From positions 1-34,739 of the forward strand of contig LT642202.1 of the NCBI GenBank assembly GCA_900128585.1: a stretch of DNA of 34,739 bases, read 5' to 3'. The first letter of the stretch is position 1; each line of letters begins with the position of its first letter. The position numbers and the translations under genes are program-made. The notes below the pieces were generated by a model. It was not told the DNA's origin and did not search any database. It was given only the letters and a program-made list of their open reading frames with translations. This DNA comes from Stramenopiles sp. TOSAG23-3 (taxonomy: Eukaryota). Below, piece after piece: positions 18,548 to 28,262 of this stretch.

Positions 18548-20830
18548 TCAATGCTGTCCACCACGGTTTACTTGTCGTTTTAACCTTTCGTTCTCCATTC
18601 GGCTTTCGGTCAATTCCCTCAACCTCCCTTCTTCCTTCTTCAGCAAAGCGGCAAGCTGGTTGGCCGCCTTCGACGCTTTCGTGTCTGCGGCGCGTCGGCT
18701 GGTCTGCGCTTCCTCCAACTCGCTCGCCATTTTCAAGTAATTGTCTTCCATGTCGTGCTGCTCCGTGATCAAACTGGCGTACCTAGCCTCCAGTTCGCGG
18801 GCGCGGGCTTCCGCTCGCTCCGCCTCGTCTGCTTTGTCCCGCAGCATTCGTTGCATGTGGGACACACTGTCTTCTAAATTTCGGCGGGCCCGCTCGGCCA
18901 TGCGCTGCTGCGCAGTGACCAGCGCCGAGGTCTTCTCCTGGGCATCTTTGTGTGCCATAGTGGTTCTATCGAGTTGGGCCTGTAAATCTGCCACTTGCCG
19001 TGCGTGGACTGCCGCCAGGGCGGCCTTCTCCTCGGCGTCGCGCGTGCGAAAGGTGTCTAAATCGTCGCGCACCTTGCCCAAGGCAGTGTCCCGGGACTCT
19101 ACCATTTTGTTCAGGCGCCCGATCTCCGCCAGCCTCGTGGTCAACTTCTGCGCCAAATCGTCCCCGCGCTGCTTGCTGTGGTCCAGTCGGTCCTGGAGGT
19201 CGTTCACTTGCAGTTGGAACCGTTGGTCTTTCTCGACCAGCTCCTGCTGGCTTCGGGAGGCTTTCTCCTCGGATTCGTTCCTCGCCTGACTATGTTGCAA
19301 CATTTTCGAGGAGAAATTCTCGATGGTCTCCCGGAGCCGTTCGCGCTCGTCGTTGACGTTGTTCAGCAGGTCGTGTCGCTCTGCGGCGGCCGCATCGCGC
19401 TCCCGCTGCACCCGGGCCATGTCCGCCTGCAACGTCGCGCACCGCTCGCTCAGGCCGGCCAACTCGGCATCGCGCTTCTGCAGCTGTGTGAGCATCCTGC
19501 TCCGCATCTCCTGCGCGGCGCTCTCCTCCGCCGCCGTCATTTCGTTCGCGTGCTGGCGCCGCTTCTCGAGCAGCCGTGCGATTTCCTGGCGGGACTGGAC
19601 TTCCCTGGACTGCGCTTGGTCTCGCTCCAGCAATGCCGCCTCCACCCGCTCCTTGCTCTCCTTCGCCAGGGTGGTGACCTTCTCTTCCCTGGTCGCGTAC
19701 TCGTTCAGCTGGGTCTCCATCGTGTTCATCACTTTCAGCATTCCCTCTGCGTCCCCCCGAACGGTCTCGTACTCGGCCTGAACGCTCCGTAGGCTCTCCT
19801 TTGCCTCGTCCAGCTGGGCTTCCGTGTTTCGCAGCTGCTGTCGGAGCGCCGTGGCCTCGCCAATGACGTTGTTTATTCTATTCTCTAAGCCCTCCTGCTC
19901 GCCGTTGGCCGCCCGCCCCAAGTCCTGCAAGGCGTTCTTCAGGTCGTTGATCTCCTTCTCTTTCTTCCGCAAATTGTCCTCGTTTCGCTTGTTCATCACT
20001 TGAAGCTCCTCCTTCGCCACTTGCGCCTGGGAGAGCTCCGCGGCGATGTCTTGCAGCCTTCTCGCGGTATCGTTCCGCTCGTTCTCTAGTGTTTTGTTCA
20101 TCTGGGACAGCTGCGTCAACGAAATGGCCTGCTCTTGCGCCGTTTTCGACACTTTTGCCAGCCGCTCGGAGGCCGTCTGCTCCAACGCTTTTGTTTTTCC
20201 TAGCTCCGTTTCCAGCATCGCAACCTGCTCCGTCATGATCGAGTTCGTCTTGTTCAGCACGTCGGCCATTTCCGTCAGGTCGCTGTACGACTCCATGTCC
20301 GCCACGCCCTCGCCGGACGGGGCCACTCCGACGGTCCCGGTCGCACCATCGTTCGTTTCGGCGTGCTTGAGCATTTTCTCAATGTAGTGCTGCAAATCTT
20401 TTCGCACCCGCTCGTTCTCCTGGACGAGCTCATCCGCCCTCCCCTTGAAAGAGAGCGCCTGGTCCTTCAATTTCTGGTTCTCGGTCTCCAGCTCACGGAT
20501 GCGTTCGTCGTAGGAAGAGAGGAGGGGGGACAGGTGCTGGGGGTCGGATACCCACGGGGGCAGGTCGGCGTCGAGGGCTTCATCCAGCGCCGTGTCCGTT
20601 GGCGGGGAGACCCCCGGGTATTTTATTTGGTAGTTGTTTATAACGACTTCCTGCCGCTGGACCAACTGCTTCAAGTGTTCGACCTGGGCACGGTACTGCC
20701 TGACCTGGTCCTGGTGGCGCTTCTCTTTCCCCGCCAGCTGAGGCCCACGAATAGCCTCGCGGTCGTCCGGGTAGCCAAGGTCGGCCGACTTGGACCATTT
20801 GGACAAGCGCTCCTCTTGGGGCCCAGACAT
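18548..20830 (-). CDS. SCLT1: SCLT1-like centriole distal-appendage coiled-coil protein
   Basis: 760-aa coiled coil. PQHLSPLLSSYDERIREL...QENERVRKDLQHYIEK and ESKERVEAALLERDQAQSRE...ELAGLSERCATLQADMARVQRER resemble conserved SCLT1 blocks; the PPW..LSPLL..Y block is also CEP89-like. Confidence 0.62.
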   Translation of the reverse strand: MSGPQEERLSKWSKSADLGYPDDREAIRGPQLAGKEKRHQDQVRQYRAQVEHLKQLVQRQEVVINNYQIKYPGVSPPTDTALDEALDADLPPWVSDPQHLSPLLSSYDERIRELETENQKLKDQALSFKGRADELVQENERVRKDLQHYIEKMLKHAETNDGATGTVGVAPSGEGVADMESYSDLTEMADVLNKTNSIMTEQVAMLETELGKTKALEQTASERLAKVSKTAQEQAISLTQLSQMNKTLENERNDTARRLQDIAAELSQAQVAKEELQVMNKRNEDNLRKKEKEINDLKNALQDLGRAANGEQEGLENRINNVIGEATALRQQLRNTEAQLDEAKESLRSVQAEYETVRGDAEGMLKVMNTMETQLNEYATREEKVTTLAKESKERVEAALLERDQAQSREVQSRQEIARLLEKRRQHANEMTAAEESAAQEMRSRMLTQLQKRDAELAGLSERCATLQADMARVQRERDAAAAERHDLLNNVNDERERLRETIENFSSKMLQHSQARNESEEKASRSQQELVEKDQRFQLQVNDLQDRLDHSKQRGDDLAQKLTTRLAEIGRLNKMVESRDTALGKVRDDLDTFRTRDAEEKAALAAVHARQVADLQAQLDRTTMAHKDAQEKTSALVTAQQRMAERARRNLEDSVSHMQRMLRDKADEAERAEARARELEARYASLITEQHDMEDNYLKMASELEEAQTSRRAADTKASKAANQLAALLKKEEGRLRELTESRMENERLKRQVNRGGQH

Positions 20831-20968
20831 TGCTAACTAACAATTCCTTTGGACGGTGTATATATATATATATATAAATATATATATCCGTATCAAAATA
20901 ACCGTTTTAAATGAAACTCACTCGCGGAATATTAAACATGAAAATCGAAACAGTACAAATGTGTTTCT

Positions 20969-20969
20969 A

Positions 20970-21045
<76 letters not shown>

Positions 21046-21161
21046 ANNNNNNNNNNNNNNNNNNNNNNNNNNNNNNNNNNNNNNNNNNNNNNNNNNNNNN
21101 NNNNNNNNNNNNNNNNNNNNNNNNNNNNNNNNNNNNNNNNNNNNNNNNNNNNNNNNNNNNN

Positions 21162-21217
<56 letters not shown>

Positions 21218-21239
21218 GTCGAAAGAAAGAAAGAAAGAA
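20969..21239. repeat. (AAAG)n tetranucleotide array containing an assembly gap
   Basis: Perfect aaag units on both sides of 114 Ns (21047-21160). Confidence 0.95.
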
Positions 21240-21746
21240 TCTGCTTTGCTCAAGAAGTGGAAACAGAATTTATATTAAGGTATAGTATTAAATCTAAATA
21301 GTTAGATAAATATAGATAAATATATAAAATAATAATAACTATTATAATAACTATAAAAATAAAAGACTTAATTTTTAAAATATTACATTTTTATTTATTT
21401 ATGGAAATTATACATAAATACCTAAAAAACAAAACAGAAAATAAAATCAGGTTTTGTTTTTTCGTTTTGTTTTTGGTTGTTTTTCGAAGTAGTTTAATGC
21501 TATGTTCTCCTTATTTTAATATACTGAACTAACGTTTTTTTTAACGGCGGTGTATTGGTGTTTTAAATAGGGTTTGTATGGATCGTCCTTCTCTTTCGTT
21601 CCTATTATTATGTAGTATACTTTATGATGTACTTATTGTATTAATTGTGATAGGTATTATTTTAGTAGTGTTTACCGTATAGTATGTCTCCTCTTACTTA
21701 TACTACTATTTACTTTCTTTCTTCTTCTTTTTTCTTCTTTTTTTTT

Positions 21747-22697
21747 TCATTTCCTGCACGTGTCGAAATTGTTTTCAAACCATTTCACAGTTTTGCTAAG
21801 GCCTTCTTCGATGGTGGTGAACTTGTAGGAAGGATTAAGTTTCTTTAATTTTGCGTTGGAGGCAGTCTTTTTGAACTGGCCATCGGCTTTGTCGGTGTCA
21901 AATACTAAATTGCCTTTAAAGTCGAAGGCCTTGGCGATGTTTCGCGCAACGTCCGCGATGGAGCATTCCTCCTCCTCCCCGACGGAGAGGATGATGGGGT
22001 CGCAGGAATCGTAGCTTCTCATAACCCAAACGATCAGTTCCGCAAGGTCTTCCGAATAAATGAACTGCCGCAGTGGCGTCCCCGAACCCCATACAACAAA
22101 ATCGGTGCCGTTTTTCTTGGCAAGCATGCACTTGTGCATCAACCCGGGGATCACGTGCCCTTCCTGGAGGTTGAAGTTGTCGTGCGGCCCGTAAATGTTT
22201 GTAGGGATCACCGTGGTGAAATTGCAACCATACTGCTGGTTGTAGGCGCGGCTCATGACGTCGATCATGCGCTTCGCGTACGAGTACCCGCTGTTGCTGT
22301 CGTGCGGGGGTCCTTTGTGAAGCATCGTTTCGTCGATGGGGTAGGTGATTTTGTTCGGGAAAATGCAAGTGGACATTATAGACACCAGCTTCTGAACCTT
22401 GAAGTCCTTGCTGCACTCCATTACGTGGTCGTTGATCTGGGTGTTTTCACGGTAAAACTGAACGTTGTGCTTCATGTTATTGTACAATCCTCCTACCTTG
22501 GCTGCTAAGTGAATTACGTGCGTGGGCTTTACGCGTTCAAACAGCGCCCGGCATGCGACGCCGTCCCGCAAATCTCCATCTTTAGAGCCTGCAAAAAACC
22601 AAGACTCGCCCGTGTTGTTCTCTCTGCCCACCACGGCCTCAATACCTTTCCCGACCAAACCCGTCCCACCTGTCACCAATACAACCGTCTTCGACAT
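21747..22697 (-). CDS. GFUS: GDP-L-fucose synthase (GDP-4-keto-6-deoxymannose epimerase/reductase)
   Basis: VLVTGGTGLVGKGI, PTHVIHLAAKVGGLYNNM, STCIFP, YSYAKRMID (YxxxK), PTNIYGPHDNF, VWGSGTPLRQFIYS and DGQFKKTASN match eukaryotic TSTA3/FX. ATG at 22697. Confidence 0.97.
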   Translation of the reverse strand: MSKTVVLVTGGTGLVGKGIEAVVGRENNTGESWFFAGSKDGDLRDGVACRALFERVKPTHVIHLAAKVGGLYNNMKHNVQFYRENTQINDHVMECSKDFKVQKLVSIMSTCIFPNKITYPIDETMLHKGPPHDSNSGYSYAKRMIDVMSRAYNQQYGCNFTTVIPTNIYGPHDNFNLQEGHVIPGLMHKCMLAKKNGTDFVVWGSGTPLRQFIYSEDLAELIVWVMRSYDSCDPIILSVGEEEECSIADVARNIAKAFDFKGNLVFDTDKADGQFKKTASNAKLKKLNPSYKFTTIEEGLSKTVKWFENNFDTCRK

Positions 22698-23517
22698 GGT
22701 ACACGTACGTAAGTTAACTTTTGGGTCGTGATCGTGTGGATGTTTTTTTACTATTCCCCTCTTCGAATGAGTATGTAGCTTTGCATATGTATGCAAATTC
22801 AATGCCAACCCACCCCTTATTACTCCTTTTTCCTGTTTCCATTGCTCACTAGGTATTTAACTTTTACTCATTGGAATGGACTTGTGGAGTAAGAAGAACA
22901 GAACAAAACAACAACAAAAAAATCAAATAATAAAACTAAATCATCTGAATTATTTTTGTTCTTATTTATGTTTAAGGAGGACACTACATCTATTCAATAT
23001 ATATTAATTCTTTTTTCTGTTAAAAGTATAATTCATATAAATTAAATAGCGAACTATTTGTTTTTTTATTTCCTTAATAAAACGTATTTAAATTCTGGAC
23101 AGACCCTATCCATCCATCCGATATCATTACAGTATTATCCTATAATACAATTTTATTCCTATACAGTATAATTTATTTATCATATGACGACGTTAAAATT
23201 GGATTTGTTTTCTCTATTAGTATTTGTATACTTATATCGTACCATAGTATTTTACCAAATATTAATCACAACGATCAACAAATGAGAGTACACTGAAGAA
23301 ACCGAAAAAAAAAGGAGCAAAAAACCCAAATCAGGGTCGGTGATGAACCTCGTAGGTCTTAAACATTAAAATATGTTTGTTTTCGTTCAATTTGTTCCCT
23401 TCCCCCTTCGTCTTTCTCCTTCCCTTGCCTTCCTCCTCCATCGTCCAACCAAAAAACGCAACGGCAAAGTCGGGTTTATATCTGAAGACGACGTGTTTGT
23501 TATCGTTCAACAATTAT

Positions 23518-24633
23518 TTAGATCTCTTCCGTTTGGGAATATGATCTTGGTATTAATTTTGGAGAATCCTCGACGGACTCATCCTCTGGTTGTGGGATAT
23601 GGGAGATCGTTTCGGTGACCTCATCTAATTGTTTCATGACATCGGCAAGTGTTTCCACGGGCTCTTCTGGGTTGGTTGCTGGACCTTCGTCGCTCTCCTC
23701 CTCGTCGTCGTCGTCGGGAAGTGCGGGCGCCGACCGAGGGGCAACGGCCGGGGACAAGGGAGGAACCGCACGGTCGTCCGGGTCTGGAGCCGATTCTAAA
23801 TTTTCCTCTTTCATGTGATCCATGAATTTCTCGAACTCACTCTTCGTCAGGACCTCCTTCCCCCTTGCAAAGGCGAGGTTGACGAGCCAGTCCACCTGCT
23901 CCATGATTTCCTCGTTGTGCTGGGCGTCCATGTGGTGCACCCCGAGCTCCAAACTCTTCATACGAAAGTCTGGGCTAAGGGCGGCGCTGGAAATCAAGGA
24001 AATAGTCATGGTCCTAAAATCGGCCTTCGTGACCCCCGATTTGTCCCCGGTAATATTGTACATCTGAAAGACACTGCTGACGTGCGTGTTCCCCCCGCTT
24101 TTGCACAGGTTTGAGTACCCAGTCGCCAAGTCCACCGGGTCGATCCGATCCTTCGTTTTCGACTCCAGGTTGTAGTGGGCGAAGAGCCGGTCCGCAAAAA
24201 TTTGGGAAGGGTGGGACTCGCCTTCCGCGAACCGTTCGACGTGCGACAGCCCGTGAAGGTTCATAATTCCCGCTGGGGTTATTTTGCCGTGCGGGTCACT
24301 GTGTACGTTGAATGTGATGTTAATGTCGTGCAGCTCGGCGTCCGATAGTTTCTCTTTCACTCCCTCGGAGAGCTGTGGGTGTTGAGAGTCTATGCTTTTC
24401 GTCAAAAGTTTGCTCAATTGAGCGGCAGTTCTAAGGTTCAGCGTCGGGTGACTGTTCCCACTAAGCTTGGCGTTTATCTTCTGCTCCTCCGCCTCGAACC
24501 CAAAGTGGCCTACTGCGCCTTCCACTTCTGGGGTATCCGAATCCGATTCCGCGTCCCCCTTTGCTGCCGCTGCGCCGGGATTCTCCGGGTCCGACACGGC
24601 GCCGTCCTTTGGTTTTTTATTGCAGTTACCCAT
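23518..24633 (-). CDS. Putatively N-myristoylated calcineurin-B/NCS-like protein with degenerate EF-hands and an acidic tail
   Basis: Starts MGNCNKK. FADRLFAHYN...RIDPVDLATGYSNLC...VFQMYNITGDKSGVTKADFRTM...EVLTKSEFEKFM follows the recoverin/calcineurin-B helix-loop layout. Confidence 0.65.
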   Translation of the reverse strand: MGNCNKKPKDGAVSDPENPGAAAAKGDAESDSDTPEVEGAVGHFGFEAEEQKINAKLSGNSHPTLNLRTAAQLSKLLTKSIDSQHPQLSEGVKEKLSDAELHDINITFNVHSDPHGKITPAGIMNLHGLSHVERFAEGESHPSQIFADRLFAHYNLESKTKDRIDPVDLATGYSNLCKSGGNTHVSSVFQMYNITGDKSGVTKADFRTMTISLISSAALSPDFRMKSLELGVHHMDAQHNEEIMEQVDWLVNLAFARGKEVLTKSEFEKFMDHMKEENLESAPDPDDRAVPPLSPAVAPRSAPALPDDDDEEESDEGPATNPEEPVETLADVMKQLDEVTETISHIPQPEDESVEDSPKLIPRSYSQTEEI

Positions 24634-26034
24634 TGTGGTAGCGTGGGGCGGTGGTGGTGGTGGTGTTCTACTTACTGCTCTGCTACTTGCGCGAAAAAGA
24701 CCGTTCTACCTCCCTTGCTCTGTTGGACCGTTTCTCCTACAACAAGAAATGAACAAATACGTACACGAAAGAACGCTTTGTTTTGTTTAAACAGTTACTT
24801 GGATTTAGGTTGTACTGTTTTACTGACAATCAAATCGTTACGAAGAAATAAAGAAAAGAAAGGGAAGAAGAAGAAGAAATAATAAAGAAGAAGAAGAAAA
24901 AAAAACAGAAAACAATAAGAGGTCACAGTATTACGTACTCTGCACCAAAAATAATAAATAATAATATTAATTACAAAAATGTCGTTTTTTTTTAATTGTG
25001 TACAGGTACACAGTATATAAAGAAAGAATAAATAAAAAGAAAGAAAGAAAGAAAGAATAAATAATAGAAAGAAGAAAGAAAGAAAAAAAATCAAAGTAAC
25101 GGCAGTCGTCATCATTAAGGATATGTATGTATATAAATAATGAAGGGAGACCCTTTGGAATGATGATAAATCTATTTTAGATATAAGGATTTAAATGAAA
25201 GCATTTCTTCAATATTAATTATAATTAAATAGAATGAAAAAGTGATAAAGTATTCCTCCATTTACATACACATAGCACATATAATGTGATTATAAACATA
25301 TTTCCTTAAGTTTAGATGGTCCATTAAAAGTATAACATGTAAATACAACTAAACATAGTGATATAATAAGAATATACAGATTTGTATTGTTTTCCTTGCT
25401 ATCTTCATGTGTGCATTAAAAATTGTACTATAATTGTATACTTATTTCTATTATTTCCTATAAGATCTTCTTCTTCCTTTCTTTTCTCTTTCCTTCCAAC
25501 AACACAAATAATTCAGGTATTTGTATTCCAAACTCTTTTTTTTAATTATGTATATAATATATACACAGTATATAATTTTATAATTTATTCTATTTTTTAT
25601 AATCCTTACATTGGACCTTCCTCCTTCTCCTCTTTGGATCTTCTTAAAAAAGAGGGGAGCCAGTTCGGAAAATATAATTCCATCCTCTGTTCCTTTCTAA
25701 TGTTTCTTCTTCCTTTCTAATTTAAACAATCGGTTCTCTGTTGTAAATATTTGTATATTTTACATAGTTAACATATGTATTTATATATTAATAGTAATTA
25801 CCAATTGCCTTATCTTGTGTTTATGTATGTATTGGAAGTAATAATATCTTGTATATTTATATAGGATTGATCATTATTTAAGTACCATATTATTTAGATT
25901 CTTTGTGGCAATTCTTCTTCTGATTCTGATTCTGGTGGTGGTACTACCCGTATAATACCGGCTGGCACCACCGTTTAGTCTGTCCGACTCTCTTCCAAGT
26001 AAATCGTTATTGAATGAAGGAGAAAAAGAAACGG

Positions 26035-26062
26035 AACGATAGACTTCGGGAAGACTATCGTT
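26035..26062 (+). other. Stem-loop upstream of the bHLH-PAS gene
   Basis: AACGATAG-A-CTT-CGGG-AAG-A-CTATCGTT: 8 bp plus 3 bp of stem with one A/A mismatch. Confidence 0.5.
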
Positions 26063-26157
26063 GTAGAAGAAGAAGAGAACCAAGCAAGCGCTGTCCATTT
26101 TTATTCACCGCATTTGCATAGAACGTATATTATTATTCCCGCGCCGCTTCGGGCACC

Positions 26158-27426
26158 ATGAGTTCTTCGGGCACCATGAACGAGTTCGACCTGATGGACG
26201 ACAGTCCGCGAGACAGCATGGAATGGCTCAAGTCAGATATGGACGCCCATTTGGTCACGAACGTGGACATGCTCCTATTCGACGATGTAGGCTCGGGAAA
26301 CAGTGGCATCGTCGGGGGGGGGGCAGGGACAAACACTTCCCCACTGAATCCAACCCAACGCGAGGTCAAAAGGGAAGGCGCGGCCAGCAGCACCGGCAAG
26401 GCGGCCAGCACCAACCAGACGGGGGGCAAACGAAAGGCACCCGCTGCTTCGAAGAAGGCGTCTAGTAACAACAGAAAGGTGGCGCGCAGGGGGTCCAGCA
26501 ACAATGCCACCGCCAAGCCAAAGGCCACGCCGCGGGCCGACGGCGACAAGCCCACGGCGAAGAAGATCAAGCGCCTCGAGGCGCACAACGCCGCAGAGAA
26601 GCGCCGCCAGCAGCGCATTGCCGAAGAGATCGACCATATCCGCTCCGTCCTGGTGAAGCAAGGGGCGACCGTCGGGAGCACCAAACGGGAGCTCTTCCAG
26701 GCCACCGTGCGGCACATGGAGGCCATGTGGAACCGGATCAGCGTCTACGAGCAGGAAGCGGCCAAACGGGCGTCGCACGATGACCTGCGCATTGCAAAAC
26801 TCCTCAAAGGGTCCTGCACGCAAGCCATGTACGAACTGAATACCGACCTCCACGTTACCCATGCGTTTGGGGCGTGCTCCGACATCACTGGGCACGCAGA
26901 CCCGAGCGTGCTGGTGGGGAAAGACTTCTTAGACCTGGTCCACCCTGATGACAAGCCAAGGGTACAATCATACTTCACGGCTGTTTTTGCTAGAGACACC
27001 TTCCAAGATGTCCCGATCCCAGGGTCTGCCCAGACCTTCTCGTCCCGTATGCCCGCCATTCTGTTCCCCTTGCAATTTCGCAGGGCACACGCCACCCATT
27101 CCTTTTACGTGCCCGTGCAAATCAACTGCCACGCTATGACGAACGAAAACGACGAGGGCTTGTTTGGGGACGACGTGGACCCGAGCCAGTGCGTCCGGCT
27201 CATGTTCAGTGAACGGAGCACCATGGTAAACCGGCCAGATACCATTGCCCCCTTAGAGAGGAAGAAGGACACTAAAAAGAGTTCGGCCAACCCAGGCAAC
27301 GAGGAGAGTTCGATAAAGAAACGTAATTTGAAGATGAAACTTTTGCGGCGATCGCACACCTGGCACAATAGCACATTGTATGAAATGAACGCCATGACCC
27401 AGAAACTTCCAAAAATACAACGCTGA
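26158..27426 (+). CDS. bHLH-PAS transcription factor (single PAS domain)
   Basis: bHLH: AHNAAEKRRQQRIAEEIDHIRSVL...STKRELFQATVRHMEAM. PAS: VTHAFGACSDITGHADPSVLVGKDFLDLVHPDDKPRV...LQFRRAHATHSFYVPVQINC. Confidence 0.88.
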   Translation: MSSSGTMNEFDLMDDSPRDSMEWLKSDMDAHLVTNVDMLLFDDVGSGNSGIVGGGAGTNTSPLNPTQREVKREGAASSTGKAASTNQTGGKRKAPAASKKASSNNRKVARRGSSNNATAKPKATPRADGDKPTAKKIKRLEAHNAAEKRRQQRIAEEIDHIRSVLVKQGATVGSTKRELFQATVRHMEAMWNRISVYEQEAAKRASHDDLRIAKLLKGSCTQAMYELNTDLHVTHAFGACSDITGHADPSVLVGKDFLDLVHPDDKPRVQSYFTAVFARDTFQDVPIPGSAQTFSSRMPAILFPLQFRRAHATHSFYVPVQINCHAMTNENDEGLFGDDVDPSQCVRLMFSERSTMVNRPDTIAPLERKKDTKKSSANPGNEESSIKKRNLKMKLLRRSHTWHNSTLYEMNAMTQKLPKIQR

Positions 27427-27652
27427 TAGGATGCGCACCCCCAAAACCGTGCGCCTGCAGCCGACTGAGTGGCGTGTTGTAAATCGTAATCTGATAATAA
27501 AATGAGAGTCTCTTAAAGCATACTCTATTTATTAATTTGTTTTTTTTTTAACTGAGAGTGTGAACTGTTATCTTGAGAATTTACGCGATGCTTTTATATT
27601 CATCCGTAATAGGAGGAGACATTGTTCTTGAACTGACACCTTCTTTTTTTCT

Positions 27653-27694
27653 TTAATTTTAATTACTAAAAATAACAGCCAAATTTTTCTTGTT
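27653..27694 (-). repeat. Dispersed ~41-bp element, an inverted copy of 2002-2042
   Basis: ttaattttaattactaaaaataacagccaaatttttcttgtt versus the reverse complement of 2002-2042, ttaattttaattatacttaaataacagccaattttcttgtt. Confidence 0.65.
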
Positions 27695-28262
27695 ATTTCA
27701 TTTGCTTATTTATCTTATTATGAATATGCATATTAAGATATCATACCATTTTTGGCACAGATCATTTAATTCCATACATTCCCACAGCACTATTATACCG
27801 TTTTATATTAACACAGCATCAAGAAATATTATAATTTTTTCATTAAAATAAACAAAATTTTCATGAAAACTGAAACCGAGAAAATAATAAAAAGGAAGAT
27901 TTTAGATTATCCAATACAACTGATAACTACTGGAATAATATAATTAATAAACTGTAAAGAGAAGAATGTTTTGAATTTTGAATGATGATGATTATTAAAA
28001 TGTATTTAAATTTTTAATTATAAAATTAATAAATAAATAATATCTCTCTCTCTCTCTCCCTCCCGTCTGTGGTGGTGGTGATTGGATGAGACAAAAAAGA
28101 GTTTACTTACTTGAAAAGGAACGTAAACATTGAAAACAACAAAACATTTTATATTTTCCATTAAATGGTACATCATATACCTTTATGTAAGTAGATAGAG
28201 ACTATATATATTTATTTATTCACACACATACAACCAATTTGTAACGGACGGTTGTCGGCAAA

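Noticed and set aside
18741-19792. Long Ser/Arg-rich antisense ORFs opposite the coiled-coil genes (also 32982..33902)
   Set aside because: Typical antisense shadows of E/K/Q/L-rich genes.
21047-21160. Run of Ns
   Set aside because: Assembly gap within an (AAAG)n array, not a biological feature; its true length is unknown.
25159-25260. ATGATGA (C-box-like) motif suggesting a C/D snoRNA (similar ones near 12326 and 27982)
   Set aside because: No suitably placed downstream CTGA D box or terminal stem seen. No tRNA or rRNA signatures were noticed anywhere in the window.
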